Source: the human T2T-CHM13v2.0 reference genome, Homo sapiens. From it: a DNA stretch of 64,000 bases. The stretch lies in the NCBI RefSeq assembly GCF_009914755.1, contig NC_060945.1. One strand, 5' to 3'. Under the pieces are notes generated by a model. The model had not been told where the DNA came from, did not search any database, and saw nothing but the letters and a program-made list of their open reading frames with translations. This document shows, in pieces, positions 14,355 to 29,420 of the stretch (position 1 is the stretch's first letter; every line of letters begins with the position of its first letter). The translations under genes and the position numbers were made by a program.

Positions 14355-14434
14355 GAAGGTTGGTGCAAAAGGAATTGCAGTTTTTGCCACTATTTTTAAT
14401 GGTGGAAACCGCAACTGCTTTGCATCAACCTAGT
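14355..14434. mobile_element. MADE1 (Hsmar1-derived MITE), palindromic
   Basis: AGGTTGGTGCAAAAGGAATTGCAGTTTTTGCCAC...GGTGGAAACCGCAACTGCTTTGCATCAACCTA matches the 80-bp MADE1 consensus. Confidence 0.93.
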
Positions 14435-14435
14435 A

Positions 14436-15293
<858 letters not shown>

Positions 15294-17487
15294 AGACTCT
15301 GATATGTTTTACTGGCTCAGAACACACAGTGTTGAAGAAAAGTATAATCAGCTTGATTACACAGCTGTCATAGTTTAATTCATGCAAATCATACTAAAAT
15401 ACTTCCACAGGTTGGTTCCTTTTCTGTCCCTGATTCTACCCTGGGTTTTGTGTTATCAAATGACTCACATCAGCCAACAATTAAAATTTTTCCCCTCCTC
15501 TCACTTCTCACTATTAAACAGGTTTTATCTCATGTAAAACTGTTAGTCAAATGTAATTCATTTTTATTGTAACTTTATACCCAGGGTTTTATAGGCACTA
15601 TGTCTTTGAAACTATTAGTAGACATATATGATTTTCCTGAATTCCCATCAAACGCTGTTTCTATATCATATCTTTTTTTTTCTTAATAAGATGGAGGAGA
15701 TACATAAGGTCTCAATGAAAATGACAAAATTTAGGAGGCTGTAGGAAAATAAAAGCAAACACAGAAGCAGGAGAAAAAGAATGAAATAAATAAAGGAGTG
15801 ATGTTGGGTGTTATGTTCCGTCATTACTTGTCAATTTAACTAACTGGCTCAAAAAGCATTATTTTAATATCAACTAATTAAATGTATTCTGTGTATAGTA
15901 CTCAGTTGCTCTAATTTTTGAAATGCATAGAGACAAAATTTTTGAGAAACTATATTTTACAATTTTAACAGATTATAAAATACAAGCTCTTTTAAACATT
16001 ACCATGAGATTACCTGCTTTTTAAAATCATAAAATTTCTTAATTTAAATTCCTCTGGGTGGAATTTAATGTATTAACAGCCAACTGATGGAAGGAGAAAA
16101 GAAAGGGAGCAAAGGCAGTGCAACATATTTTCCATTTCAATTTAAGAAAAGTTTTACTTAGAGTTGTTATCAAGATAATACTCCACAGACTTGTTAAACA
16201 ATTATGGCAAAACAATTTGAGTAGCAGAAGTGTATCCAGGATACTGCAAAACAAATTATATGGCTTTCCTATTGAGAATATATTAATAGGTTTAGAAGTG
16301 GTAAGCTCTAGATATATTGAGGCAAAAAGAAAAAAATCATGATAATGATATTCATCCTCACGTACTTTATTATTTCATTTTGTAGAGATCAAAATGAATA
16401 CATATAACTAAGCTTTATTTTATGAGTATTTCTTACTTTACCAATTGATAACTGTCAAAATTATGTAATTCAATATTTAGTTAGTCTATAAGCTTTCTGG
16501 TAGTTTTTTCATAGGAAATTCAGTACTGATATGCTCTTGGTCCATTTAATCCAGATTTTATCATATAAAGGTAAAAAAATCAGAGAATATATGAAAAACA
16601 ATACTTATTTGATAAATTGTCTTTCTCACCAGTAGAACAAAATGCATTTGATTCATAAACATGGAAAGGAATACAGATATAAGCAAATATGCATACACAC
16701 ATATCCATAGTTACATAACTAGATAGAAATGATTATATATCTCGCAATTTTTAAGTGATGAGAAAAGCCCTATTATAATGTGCCCAACAGTTGAGATTGT
16801 TGTTTCGCTTTTTCTACTGTGAAATAAAAGACAGATATTTTTCAGCATAATACAACTCTTCCATTTACTTAACAATTTTCAGTTATTAGAAGCAGATGGT
16901 GTTTTGGTGGTAAACACAATTAATTTACATTTTAGAGAATTTACTTAATTAGAATTGGACTCCATGTCTCGCATACATTGGATTTCATCATTATACATAC
17001 TGTTTATAATTCTGCCGGCTGTCATAAATGTACACTTATTTTTTCAATTCATAAAAATATAACTTCTAAAAAGGAGATAATCTATCCATTTTCCTGCATA
17101 ACCTGAAAATAAAATACATTGTTTCAAAATTTCATTTTAAAAGATGTTTGAGCCATCAATTTATCTTGTTTTAAAGTGCGTGAAGAAGTCAAAGTATGTA
17201 CAACTTTAAGTACATATCTCCATTTTATATCTCTTCAATGTTAATGTATTTTTTTAGTTCTAAAATGTTAACTGAAGTATTTCATACTTTATAGATCTAT
17301 AAAAATACTATTGATGACAAAAACATGCTTATTGAACCATGAAAACATTTCCAATTTATTCAGTTTATTTCCCCAAAATGTTACCAAAGTATATTTATAT
17401 AGTCTGATGATAAGTAAACACTCTACCCAATTTCAGATGTTGGTTCTGTAAAATGTTATTCATTGAAATGACTGATGTTTTACACTT

Positions 17488-17783
17488 TTTTTTCTTTTTT
17501 GAGACTGAGTCTCACTCTGTTGCCCTGGCTGGAGTGCAGTGGCATGATCTCAGCTTACTGCAACCTCCGCCTCCTGGATACAAGTGATTTCTCCTGCCTC
17601 AGTCTCCCAAGTAGCTGGGATTACAGGAGTGCAACACCACGCCCAGTTAATTTTTGTGTTTTTAGTAGAGACGGGGTTTCACCATGTTGGCCAGGAGGGT
17701 CTGAAACTCCTGACTTTAGGTGATCCGCCTGCCTCGACCTCCCAAAGTGCTGGGATTACAGGTGTGAGCCACCACGCCCAACC
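17488..17783 (-). mobile_element. AluSx-type SINE
   Basis: Full dimer; TSD GATGTTTTACACTT / GATATTTCACACTT. Confidence 0.95.
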
Positions 17784-17977
17784 GATATTTCACACTTCGG
17801 ATGTGCATGCATGTATGTGCATGCTCATGCATGTGTCTCCTCCCAATTACATTTGGTATTCTAATTTTATATTGCTGGATTAAATATATCATAGAGGTAT
17901 TAATTCAAGTTATTTAAATTTTAATATTTATGAAAAATGCTCCTTCTTACTATTTCAGACTTTATTTTACTTGTGCC

Positions 17978-18095
17978 ATAGATTTATTCTTTAGAATAAA
18001 TCATTTATGATGTAATTATTTAAAATAAATCATTTATGATTTAATTATTTAAAATAAATCATAAATAAATAAATCATTCTTTAGAATAAATCTAT
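17978..18095. repeat. AT-rich quasi-palindrome with tandem duplications
   Basis: GATTTATTC-TTTA-GAATAAATC hairpin; 29-bp unit twice; ATTCTTTAGAATAAATC at both ends. Confidence 0.8.
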
Positions 18096-18298
18096 AACAT
18101 TTATTTTATAACTTTCTCAGGGTTATAAGATCCCTTTTACCTGTCATGCAACATCAGCAAAGGGTTATTTTAATACTTTGAGCATATTATTATTTTGCTT
18201 CATGGAAATGCAATTAATAGTTTTTCTTGAATAATTTCCTTTAATAATGATCTCTACTTAGCAAAACAGGCTATGGTTAAGAGTATGTCCCTAAAAGT

Positions 18299-18420
18299 AA
18301 TTTTTAAGAGGGATGATCTTGTTTTGTTGCCCAGGCTGGAATTGAACTCCTGGGCTCAAGCAATCCTCCCACCTCAGCACCCCAAGTAGTTGGGACTACA
18401 AGCAATTGTCACTGTGCCCC
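18299..18420 (-). mobile_element. FLAM (free left Alu monomer)
   Basis: Single monomer TGTTGCCCAGGCTGG...AACTCCTGGGCTCAAGCAATCCTCCCACCTCAGC. Confidence 0.85.
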
Positions 18421-20540
18421 AAAGAGTTATGTATTTTTAATCTAATTAGAATAAAATTCTAAAGAATATTTTGAATTTGTTTAAAACAGCTTAAACTTAA
18501 TATGTTCTTAGAAACTGTTCTTAACAAGTTTGGGGGCTTAGGATTAGATTTGATTATTACTTATCTTACATCTAAAAAATTAATTCTACATCATCATTAA
18601 AAATGATGTCCAGATATTACGAATGATAATTTAGGGTCCAAAAGTAATAGTTAAGTGGTCTGACAACTTCCCTTAATAGTAAGATGTTATAATCAATAGG
18701 CTTATATTTTACATCTTGTTAGCAGGTTTTATTGAAATACCAATAAAGCATCAGTAAAAATTAATTGTCTTTGTCGGTGATTATTTACTTGACTCTGTTG
18801 TTAATATTTCAGACATCAGCTTTACATTTTTACCCCCATTTAATGGAAAGCTTTTTTATTTTCAGAAAAAAATATGGCATCTATCTTTCCACTGACTATT
18901 AGGGAAGCTATCAAGTAAATATATTTAAGGTAATAATTAGTAATAAACTTTTTTTACCTACTGCATGAAGTATTTTAGATTTGGGAGAAAGAGTGTTTAG
19001 ATATCTATTTCAGTATTCAGCTCCAGCTCACTCTACCTCTAATATTGTTAAACTATTTATCTTCTCGGATTTATCATTTATCTATCCTGGTATCACTAAG
19101 CAGTCAAATTGCAAATCTATAAGGACTTGAATTTTGAAAAGTGCCACCATAGCTTTGTCAATCTAAAATGTAGAATGCATGTACCAGACTGTACACATAC
19201 CCAAGGAAGACCCAGGAAAGAGAAAGGCACCAGGCACTGACTTCTGGCTGCAAAAGTAGGAAGTAAAATCTAAGGCTGTATTGTAAAGTGTCTACAGTTT
19301 GAATGCGTGTCTTCTTGGTCCCCTTGTCAAAGGGTGAAGAACATATCATCAAGGCATTTAAAGAAATCTGGCCAATCATCAGCCAGCTAATATATCATAC
19401 TTCCCAGATGGGAATGCAAGGATGGTAAACTAAAAAAAAAAAAAAAAATACTTTAAGAAGAGTAGCAGAGATCTCAATGATCACACAATACAGAGAATAC
19501 ACATTATTCCAGAAAAGTTGTTAAACAAACACTCAGCAACCAGGACAAAAATAAACTCTGAGGATGGAGGAATAAATAATGGTTGTTGCAATACATTATT
19601 TAAAATTGACAATGTCTAGTTTTTAAAAATAAATTATGTAGTATGCAAATAAATAGGAAATTGTGTAAATCTGCAGGGAGAAAAGCAGATAATTGACAGT
19701 TTCTCTATGGAAAGTTCCCCAGATTTTGGAGTTAACAGTCAAATAATTTAAATCACCAATATAAATGTGTTTAAAGAATAAAGGAAAACATTTAAAAAAT
19801 GAAAAAATAAAAGAAAGTATGGAAGTGTTTCTATCACCAAGTGGGGAATATCAATAAACAGAAATTACAAAAATGAGCCAAATAAAAATTGTACAATAGT
19901 TAATTTAAAAAATGAGTGATCACTAGAGGAACTCAATGGCAGATTTGAGCTAGAAGAAAGAATCAGTAAACATAAAATTAGATCAATAGAATTTATCCTG
20001 GCTGAGGAGCAGAAAGAAAGTGATGAAACATAAATACAGCCTCACAGAACTGTGGGACATATTGACTGTACCAATATATGCATAAGGAGAATCCCAGAAG
20101 GTGAAGAGGAAGGCGTACAGATTGTGATGGAAAACTACCTATATTTGATATGAAATATAAACCTACATATTCAAGAAATTCAGTGTGTTCCAAGGAGGAT
20201 AAAAACAAATAGATCTACTCATACTCCCCATGCTCAAATTTTTAAAGACAAAGACAAGAACATTTTTAAGACAGCAAGACTAAAATTACTCACGAATATG
20301 AGAGAACTCCAGTAAGACTGTGAACTGATTTTTCTTGAGAAACCGTAGGACAAAATACAATGGAATGATACTTTCAAAATATTGAATAAAAATAATGTCA
20401 AGCCAACATTTAGGATACAACTAAATTCTTCTTCTTCGAAAAAATGAAGGATATATTAAAACGTTTTCAGATACACAAAAATGGAGAAAATGTGTTGCCA
20501 AGAGACTTTTCATACAAGAAATAGACAAGGGAGTTCTTTT

Positions 20541-20896
<356 letters not shown>

Positions 20897-22102
20897 TAAA
20901 GAGCATCAATAAAGCCATCTTCATAGGTATTAAAAAAGACAATACAAATATTTTCTAGTGTAACTACTTCTTCTCTACATTGTAAATACAACTGCATGAG
21001 CAATTATTATAAAAGTTTATTGATAGGCTTATAATGTTTACAGATGGATTTTATCTGACAATAACAGTGCAAAGGATGAAGAGTCCAACACAAGACCACA
21101 CCAGAATACACATTTATCTAAGTGTATACGGAATGTTCTGTAGGATAGACTTTGTGTTTGAGTATAACATTAGCTTCAATAAATTAAAAAAGAGTGTATT
21201 CTATGATCATAGTGGAATTAAGCTGGAAAACAGCAAGGGGAAGGAATTTAGTAAACTCACAGATAAGTGAAACTAAACAGTTAACTCCTAAGTAACCAAT
21301 AGATCAAAGAAGAAATCACAAGGGACATTAGAGAATACTTTGAGATAAGTGAAAATAAAAACACAACATGAAATTCAAAAACAAAATAAAATAAAAACTA
21401 AATATAAAGGGATTTAGCTAAAACAATGCTTAGAGGGAAATGTGTAGCAGTAAATTCCACTGTTAAAAAAGAAAAACAATCTGAAATCAATAACCTTGTG
21501 TTTCACCGGGAAAAAGATAGGGCAAGAAAATCAGCGCAGGTATAAGGAAGAAAATAAAAATTTTATTAAATAATAAAATAAATGAAATACAGAAAAGAAA
21601 CATAATAGAAAAAAATCAACAAAACTAAAGTTGTTGGAAGATCAACAAAATTAATGAATATCTAGGAAAACTGATCAAGAAAAAAGAAAGATTCAAATTT
21701 ATAAAATCATACATGAAAAAGAAAACATTATTATTGGCCATATAGAAATAAAAATGGTTACATGGAAATATTATGAACAATTGAGTATCAGAAAATTAGA
21801 TAACTAGATGAAATGGATAAGGCCTGGACACAAAATATTAAAAGTAACTTAAAGAAATACAAAATCTGAAAATAGCTTTAAAAAGTAAAGACATTAAATT
21901 AGTAATCAAAAACTTCTCACAAAAAAAAACAGGAAAAGAGAGAATTCTACCAAACATTTCAAGAAAATTAACAGCAAACTTTCTCAAACTATTTCAAACC
22001 ATATAGAAGGAAGAAACGTTTTCTAAGTGTGTCAGGCCAGTATCACTCTGATACACAAATGCAACAAGCACATCAAAAGAAAACAAAAATGTCAACTGAT
22101 AT

Positions 22103-22634
22103 TGTTATAGAAATAAGACTTGGGCATATGTTGCTTTTTTAAAGCCAGTTGGGACCATTAGTTAATTCAAAATCCACTGGCAACAAATTCAAGTTTTTAC
22201 CTGTCCAGTTGCTTTACATATAACCTCAATAAGCAGATTTTTACCCATTTAGAGTCTATCTGTTTTGCACACTCCAAAAAACTACACCCCAAATCTGCTA
22301 TCCATAGATAAGAAAACCCCTGAGGCCATAAAAGACCAGGAGCGCTGCTGCTCTTAGGAGTTCTCTGACTCAGAGACTCCCATCATGCTGATCCATGTCA
22401 TCACTTTAACATGTAAGGCCCTGCCTGTTCCCTTGTCTCTGAGGTACGTTTTCCTTCTTCTCCTTCCCAGTGGTGGCCTTGCACTTTTGTGTCTGAAAGG
22501 ACTCATGCTGTGAGGGACTTACCCTCCAAGGCAAGCCAGTCAAAAGTACCATCCAAGGAAAAATTGTGTGCTACTGCCTCCTTGTGATCTTATCCATTTC
22601 CTTGATCAGCCCTGAAATCTCAAACTCCCTGTAC
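22103..22634 (+). mobile_element. ERVL-class solo LTR (MER54/MER73/MER74/LTR53 group) inside L1
   Basis: Starts TGTTA; ends TGTGTGCTACTGCC...CCTTGATCAGCCC; L1 ORF2 is colinear on both sides. Confidence 0.7.
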
Positions 22635-24494
22635 TTAAGTATATAGATGCAAAAGTTCCTAATGAAATATTAATAAACCAATTTTATCAATATATTGAAA
22701 GACTTATACCCTATGAATACATGGGTTTTATCTCCAGAATACATGAGAGGTTCAACTTTTTTTAAAAAAAATAAATACATGTAATACACCAGTTTAATAA
22801 AATAAAGGATAGAAATGCTTTATCATTTCAATTGAAGTAGAAATAACATTTGAAAAATCCAGCACATTTTCATTAAAAAGAAAAAAAAACACTCAACAAA
22901 CTAGAAATAGAATGACACTTCCTCAGTCCAGGGTCATATAAAAAATCGCACACCTAACATCATAATCAATTGTAAAAGACTCAAAACTCTCTCCCTAAAA
23001 TCAGGGAGAGAACAAGGATGTCTGCTCTTGCCATTTGTTTTCAAATTTGCATTGGTGGTTCTAGCCAGGAAAATTAAGCAAGACAAACAAATAAAATTCA
23101 TTAAGGTAGAAGCAAATATGTAAAACTATCTTTATTTGCAGATTACATGATCTTGTATGTAGAAAAACCCTAGGGAATTCATAAAACAATGCTAATAAAC
23201 AAGTTTATCACAATTATAGGATACAACATTATAATACAAAATCAGTTGGACTTCATTATAATTTACAAATATCGTACTTCTAAAAACACTTGGAAAGTGA
23301 AAAGACTACTCAAGTAATAGAAGACTTTTTTTTGCAAATGGTATGCCGGATCAAGAGTCTACTATCTAGATTATGTATGGAACTCCGACAACTTAACAAT
23401 AAAAATGACAAATGAACTAAGTATACAAATGAATTAATTATTTGAATAAATATTTCACCAAAGAATATATAACCATGACCAATAAATACATTAAAAAATC
23501 ATTTATCCTTATGGATATTCAAATAAAAATTCCAAGAGAATACCACTTCTCATACACTAATATGGCTATCAGCAAAAAAAAACAGGCAATAACAAGTAAT
23601 GACAAGGATATAGAGAAATATGAATCCTTACGTATTGCTGATAGAAAGGTCAATGGCGCAGGACTTCAGAAGACACTTTGGCAGTTCCTCAAATAGAATT
23701 ATTTGAATTTATTTAAATTACTTGAACATAAAATTACCATATGACCCAGCAATATCACACTTAGGTGTATGTATTGAAGATAATTTTAAAAATATGTTTA
23801 CAAAAAATTGTATACAAATGTTCAAAGTAGCACTATTTAGCCAAAATGTAAAAAAAAAAAAAAACAAACCCAAAGGTATATTAAGTGATGAATAGATAAA
23901 AGGTATTTTCGTCCAATGGAATATTATCTGGAATAACAGTAATCATGGGTACATATGAAAACATAGAAAACATAGATGAATCTTGAAGACATTACACTAA
24001 ACAATAGAAGTCATACTCAGAAGACTAAATATGTATCAATTGCTTTGTATGAAATGTTCTGAATGGGGAAATTCATAGAGATAGAAAGTAGGTTCGTGGA
24101 ATTCGGGACTGGGTTTGGAGAAGGTGATAACAAGAATGAGCATTGATTGCTAATGAGTACTCCGTTTCTTTTATGAGTGATAAGAACTTTTAAAAATTAT
24201 AGTGATGATTGCACAATCTTGTGAATATACTAAAGTACATTGAACTGTATAATTTAAATGGGTGAATTGAATTACGTATGCATTATATAAAACTGTGAAA
24301 ATAAATCTTCATGTTTAAAATAAGATTACTTCAAGCATTTAAATTCTATGATTAGGGGCTCTTTTCAACAAGGAGTCTTTTTGTAAAACATATATACAAT
24401 TCAAAAATATAAAGATATCAAATAATTCAACTAATAAATCAAACCTAACCCTATCAACCAAAAACTTCAACTATTAAATGTTTACTTTTTCTAT

Positions 24495-24710
24495 GCCCTT
24501 AGTGGTCTCTATAGCCAAATTGCCTAGAATTGAATCCTAACTCACTATTTATCTTTTGTGTTACTTTGGTTAATGTATTTAACCTCTCTGCGCCTAAGTT
24601 TCCTTTTGTTAACTCAGAAGGTTCTAGTGAAGACTAAATAACTCAATTTCCATAAAGTGAGTATAGCAATACCTGGCATGTAATAAAAGCCACATAACTG
24701 TCAATGTTAT
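24495..24710 (+). mobile_element. MIR
   Basis: TTGAATCCT...TTTAACCTCTCTGCGCCTAAGTTTCCT...CCTGGCATGTAATAA. Confidence 0.75.
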
Positions 24711-25852
24711 AACAATAACACATACAAGCACACACACACACAAATGTCTTTGCACATATAAATGTTAACATGTGTGTTGACACTTAGTACATAATTGATA
24801 TTATTATAATCACTTTGACTGTAAGAATAACCTAATTAAGATTTACAAAATTGATGTCTTTGAACTTTTTTCACTTAAATGTACATTAAGATTGAACATA
24901 AATTTATATGGTTTTATGTGACAATCATTGCTTATTAAAATTCTAGCACATAGAACTTTATGCAGAAACAATAAAAGAATATAAAGGAAGAATATATGTA
25001 AGTTTGAAAACCAAAGGGTAGACTAAATAGAATAGTTCGTGAGGTGTTTAATAATAATGTTTCTTGAAAAATATTCCTTGTAAAAATATATTAATAAGCT
25101 TTTCAGTCTAATTGCACAAGTGTTGATTTTTAAATGAATAACAATTTGTAATGTTAGCTGATCTTATTTTTTATAAGCCTATGTCTCCAGCAAATCAGAA
25201 AATTTTGAATCTAAGGAATTTTATATAGCAAAGTAGTATCCATTACACTTGGGATTGAAAATATCTTTCCAAATCATTAATAGCTTTAATATCCAAAGAA
25301 CTACGATACTGCCTCAGGAAAAAAATATCAAAATTTCTGTGGCCATTTACACATTTTCTTTTCTGTTTTTATATGTACAGAACACTGAAGGCTGAGAGAT
25401 AAGAAATAAGAGAAAAATAATAAAATAGACAAACAAAGAGATAAAAATTTATTAAAACTTAAAATATATATGAGTCGACTAACTAAAAGAAAAATTATTT
25501 ATGTCCTTTCAAGGTATGGACTCTGTCTATTGCATTGTTTTCACTGTTTTATATATATCAAATAAAATTGCAGTGTTTTTATGTGTGTGTCTGGGTGTGT
25601 GTTTATGTGTTAATGAACAAACAAAGGAAAAATTATCTAAATTATAAGCCATTTTAACTATATGATTCTGAACTTATTAAATAGTGTATTTTTGAATTCT
25701 TATTGATTTTGTCTCTGAAGAGGCCACTGAACCTGTCATGCATGAAGAAATTGCTTCGGAGGGCAACAGATTTATCTGGGCAATTACTATATTGACTAAG
25801 GAACCAAGGAGCCCAAGTTCCTTCTTAACACAATTGTTATTTCATTGACTAG

Positions 25853-25981
25853 TGTTACATGAGAGACAAGGAGAGTCAGAGTTCAAGGACAGCGGAACGA
25901 TGATGGTCTCCTGGGAACGAAGCGCGATGCTCCATAGAGACTTGAATTCTAGAATAAATCGCTGGAATTGTGTTGGCAGCA
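25853..25981 (+). other. CpG-retaining unique element; possible 129-nt frame-preserving exon or conserved enhancer
   Basis: Nine CpGs in 25890-26062; TTATTTCATTGACTAG|T acceptor and weak GCA|GTATGG donor; one open frame (LHERQGESEFKDSGTMMVSWERSAMLHRDLNSRINRWNCVGS); peptide not recognised. Confidence 0.3.
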
Positions 25982-26500
25982 GTATGGATCCATTGTTTGA
26001 AACTAAATTCATCACGGTGGTTGCCACGCTGACTGAAATAAATGCCCAACAATATACAAACGCAACCATTGTTCCCCAGTGGGAATTATTTTAGTCATTG
26101 TTAGTGTGTTTTTTGTTGCTTACATTATATCTGGAAATGCAACTGATATTTGGGAGGCAACTAATATCACAAACAACAAGAAGTTAATTTAACAGTGTTA
26201 TATTTTTTCTTTCTAGTACTAATTTATTTTAAATGGCATACCATGGCCCATAAAAAACTTACATAAGTTTCAAGTCTAAATTGTATGATAAGCCCAATTT
26301 CTCAAAAAGAAAATGGCCATTATTAGAAGTTATATTCAATGCAGCAACTAGCCTCAATGAGAAAAGTCATACATATGCTGGTGTTTAAATATTCAGTGTA
26401 AATGTATGTTGTCCACTTCTTATTACTTGATGAATACTAAGGGAAAAATAAGCCTGAGTGAAGAAATAAAGACTTCTTGTGGGTTAAAAACTACAAAATT

Positions 26501-26816
26501 GGTCAGGTGCAGTGGCTCACGCCTGTAATCCCAAAACTTTGAGAGGCTGAGGTAGGCAGATCACCTGAGGTCAGGAGCTCAAGACCAGCCTGCCCAGCAT
26601 GGCAAAACTCCGTCTCTACTAAAAATACAAAAAATTAGCCCGGCATGGTGGCAGACACTTGTAATCCCAGCCACTCAGGAGGCTGAGGCAGGAGAATCGC
26701 TTGAACCCGGAAGTCGGAGGTTCCAGTGAGCCAAGATCACACCACTGCATTCCAGCCTGGGTGACAGAGAGAAACTCCATCTCAAAAAACAAACAAACAA
26801 ACAAGCAAACAAAAAC
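26501..26816 (+). mobile_element. AluSx-type SINE
   Basis: Dimer with (CAAA)n tail; TSD ACTACAAAATT. Confidence 0.95.
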
Positions 26817-27619
26817 ACTACAAAATTAGCTTTGTTTTCACGTATTCCTTTCTCAGGTACTTTATATGGGACCTCTTTGTTTCTTCTCACTATCATAATT
26901 CATCCTTTGCCCCGAGTCTTGAGAGAGAACCATTCAGGTTCCCATTGCCCTCTTCCATAAAAATGTCTCAAAACATGGTCCCTAAACCTACCCTCTTGAT
27001 GTAAAGGTTAATGCTAAAAAAACACAGAAAAGATATAAGCTTAATGCTTTTCTCCATTTATTATTTGCATTCATTTAATAATTATTTATTGAGCACCTGT
27101 ATGTGTTAAGAGTTGAATGTACAATGACACGCACATTATGTCAAAGAACTTCCAAGTGCTTACGTAAACTTGCTTCTTTGCCAAACATCCTTACGTTCAT
27201 TTTAATTTAATTGTAAAGTAAACTAAAACACATTGACACACACATATACACAATGTACTTAAAAGTGGTCATTGTTTCAAACTGCATAGTTATTAATAAT
27301 GATATTACCAGGAGTAGCTTAAAATGGTGACAACTGGTTTGATTACAGGTTTACTTGCAATTAAGGTAGAAATTTGTCAATGTTTAAAAAATGTAATTAT
27401 TTTAGTATTTGATCACAAAGAATTAAGTGAAATAAACATAAACGTAGAAATGAAGAGTACATACTTTTACTGATGTATCTTTAACAGTTTTGTATTTTAA
27501 TCCTTAGAAATATTCATATAAACCCAAACATTTTGGCTTAAAGTGCTATATTTTGACAAATATTTGAGGACTTTTCATGGACTCTAATGTGGTTTAAATT
27601 ATGTCTCCTCTGTGTATTT

Positions 27620-27790
27620 ATCTCATAATCTTCTGCAAAGTAGTCAAATGGCTAAGCCTCAGATATATTACCTGCAAAATAGAAATAATAATACCTATGG
27701 GCAGATTTATTATCAAGATTAAGATAACATAGGCAAAGTAATTAGCATAAGCGTCTAGCACACATTAATATCAATAAGTGGTAGCTGTCA
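27620..27790 (+). mobile_element. MIR
   Basis: CTAAGCCTCAG...CTGCAAAATAGAAATAATAATACCTA...CTAGCACACA. Confidence 0.7.
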
Positions 27791-28481
27791 TTTGAGGGCA
27801 TATTTAGCAATAGACCATCTTCCTTCCCACAAATGAAGTACCTCCCAGTAAGCAAACGATGGAGATATAATTCCTAAAGCCACATTTCTAAACCTTATGG
27901 CGCTAACACCAGATTTGGAAAATTCTTGAATATACATAGATTTGGAAGTGGAGAAATGAAAAGTATTCTCAGAATTGGACAATGTTTCCTTGGAATTGCT
28001 TTCATCACTTCAAGACTTCTCTCAGCTATGAGATATCATTTATCTACTAATTTTCCTGAGTATAATTTTTGCTGTTCACTTCTAGATTGCAATAAATCTT
28101 TTATTTCTATAGTAATGATATGAAATATGAAATTTCACTACTCAAAAATCTTACATATTTTAAGTTTTTATGTCCTATATCAAAGCAAAATGTATGTAAT
28201 TAACTCCTATATTCCAGAAAAACATTGCTTTATTAATTACATTAATAGGTGTGATTTTCTTTATTAAATTATATTTTACTTAAGGCTCAAATCAGCCCTA
28301 TTTTTTATGTTAGTGAAGTTTTCCTACTCATTAATGTGAAATGTTTGCTCAAAGACGTAATAGGGCACTGTTAATGGAAAGGATTTCAGCGAAGTGTGAA
28401 CCATTTACAATTAGGTAATACCAATCATGGTGAGAAAGAAGTTCCAGAAAAACTAACAGTGTTAATATTAAGTGTATCATG

Positions 28482-28760
28482 GTGCCTGCAATCCCAGAAC
28501 CTTGGGAGGCCAAGGTGGGCAGATCACCTAAGGTCAGGAGTTCGAGACCAGCCTGGCCAACGTGGTGAAACACCGACTCAACTAAAAATACAAAAATTAG
28601 CCAGGCATGGTGGCTCGCACCTGTAATCCCAGCTACTCAGGAGGCTGGGGTGAGAGAATCACCTGAACCCGGGAGGCAGAGGTTGCTGTGAGTTGAGATT
28701 ATGCCATTGTACTCCAGCCTGGATAAAGGAGTGAGACTCTGTCTCAAAAAAAAAAAAAAA
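28482..28760 (+). mobile_element. AluSx-type SINE, slightly 5' truncated
   Basis: Dimer with A-tail; degenerate TSD AAGTGTATCATGG / AAGTATGTCATGG. Confidence 0.93.
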
Positions 28761-29420
28761 GTATGTCATGGAAATGTTTAATACTTACTAGAGTAAATCA
28801 AGCTAAAAATTAAAGTACTGTTAGCAAAACATTTTCAGAATGCAGTGTCACTTGGGAATGAGAATGAGTTTAAAAGAAGGAGCATAAGAGTTAAAAGTAA
28901 AATGTTAATAAATGTTTAAAATTACAGTATTTTATAATAAAAATGATAAGTTAAACCATCAAGATTGTCTGTTGAAATTTCCAAGTGGACTTACTGTAAT
29001 TCTAAAAATTCTTTTTTTAGAATTTTAGATGACTTAGAAACTCATCAAAGTCATTTAATATTCCATAAAAATAACTAAAAAATAAGTTTATTCCTTTAAG
29101 AACAATTATATCCACAAAGAAGAGCAAATGTCAGAAAAAAATATATTAAGCAAGTAGAAACATATGTGAAGACTATCTCATTTGTGAAAAATTAAAATCC
29201 TTCCAAAATGGAACTCTTTTGTGGCATATCATGAAATTATAATTGAACTAAATCCAGAGTATATCCAGAGTTGAGCACTGTGAATGAATGAATGTTAGAT
29301 AAATATACAGAAACAGAGTGTGGCTGTGGAGTGTATACACCTGTCTTATATCAGTGAGAGGGATCGTATGCTCATCAAGATTATCTACTCATCGGGGATT
29401 CTTTCTAAACCTTCTTCTTT

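Noticed and set aside
14355-14434. Naming the MADE1 as a specific MIR548 gene
   Set aside because: Thousands of MADE1 copies exist and I cannot match a mature sequence without a database
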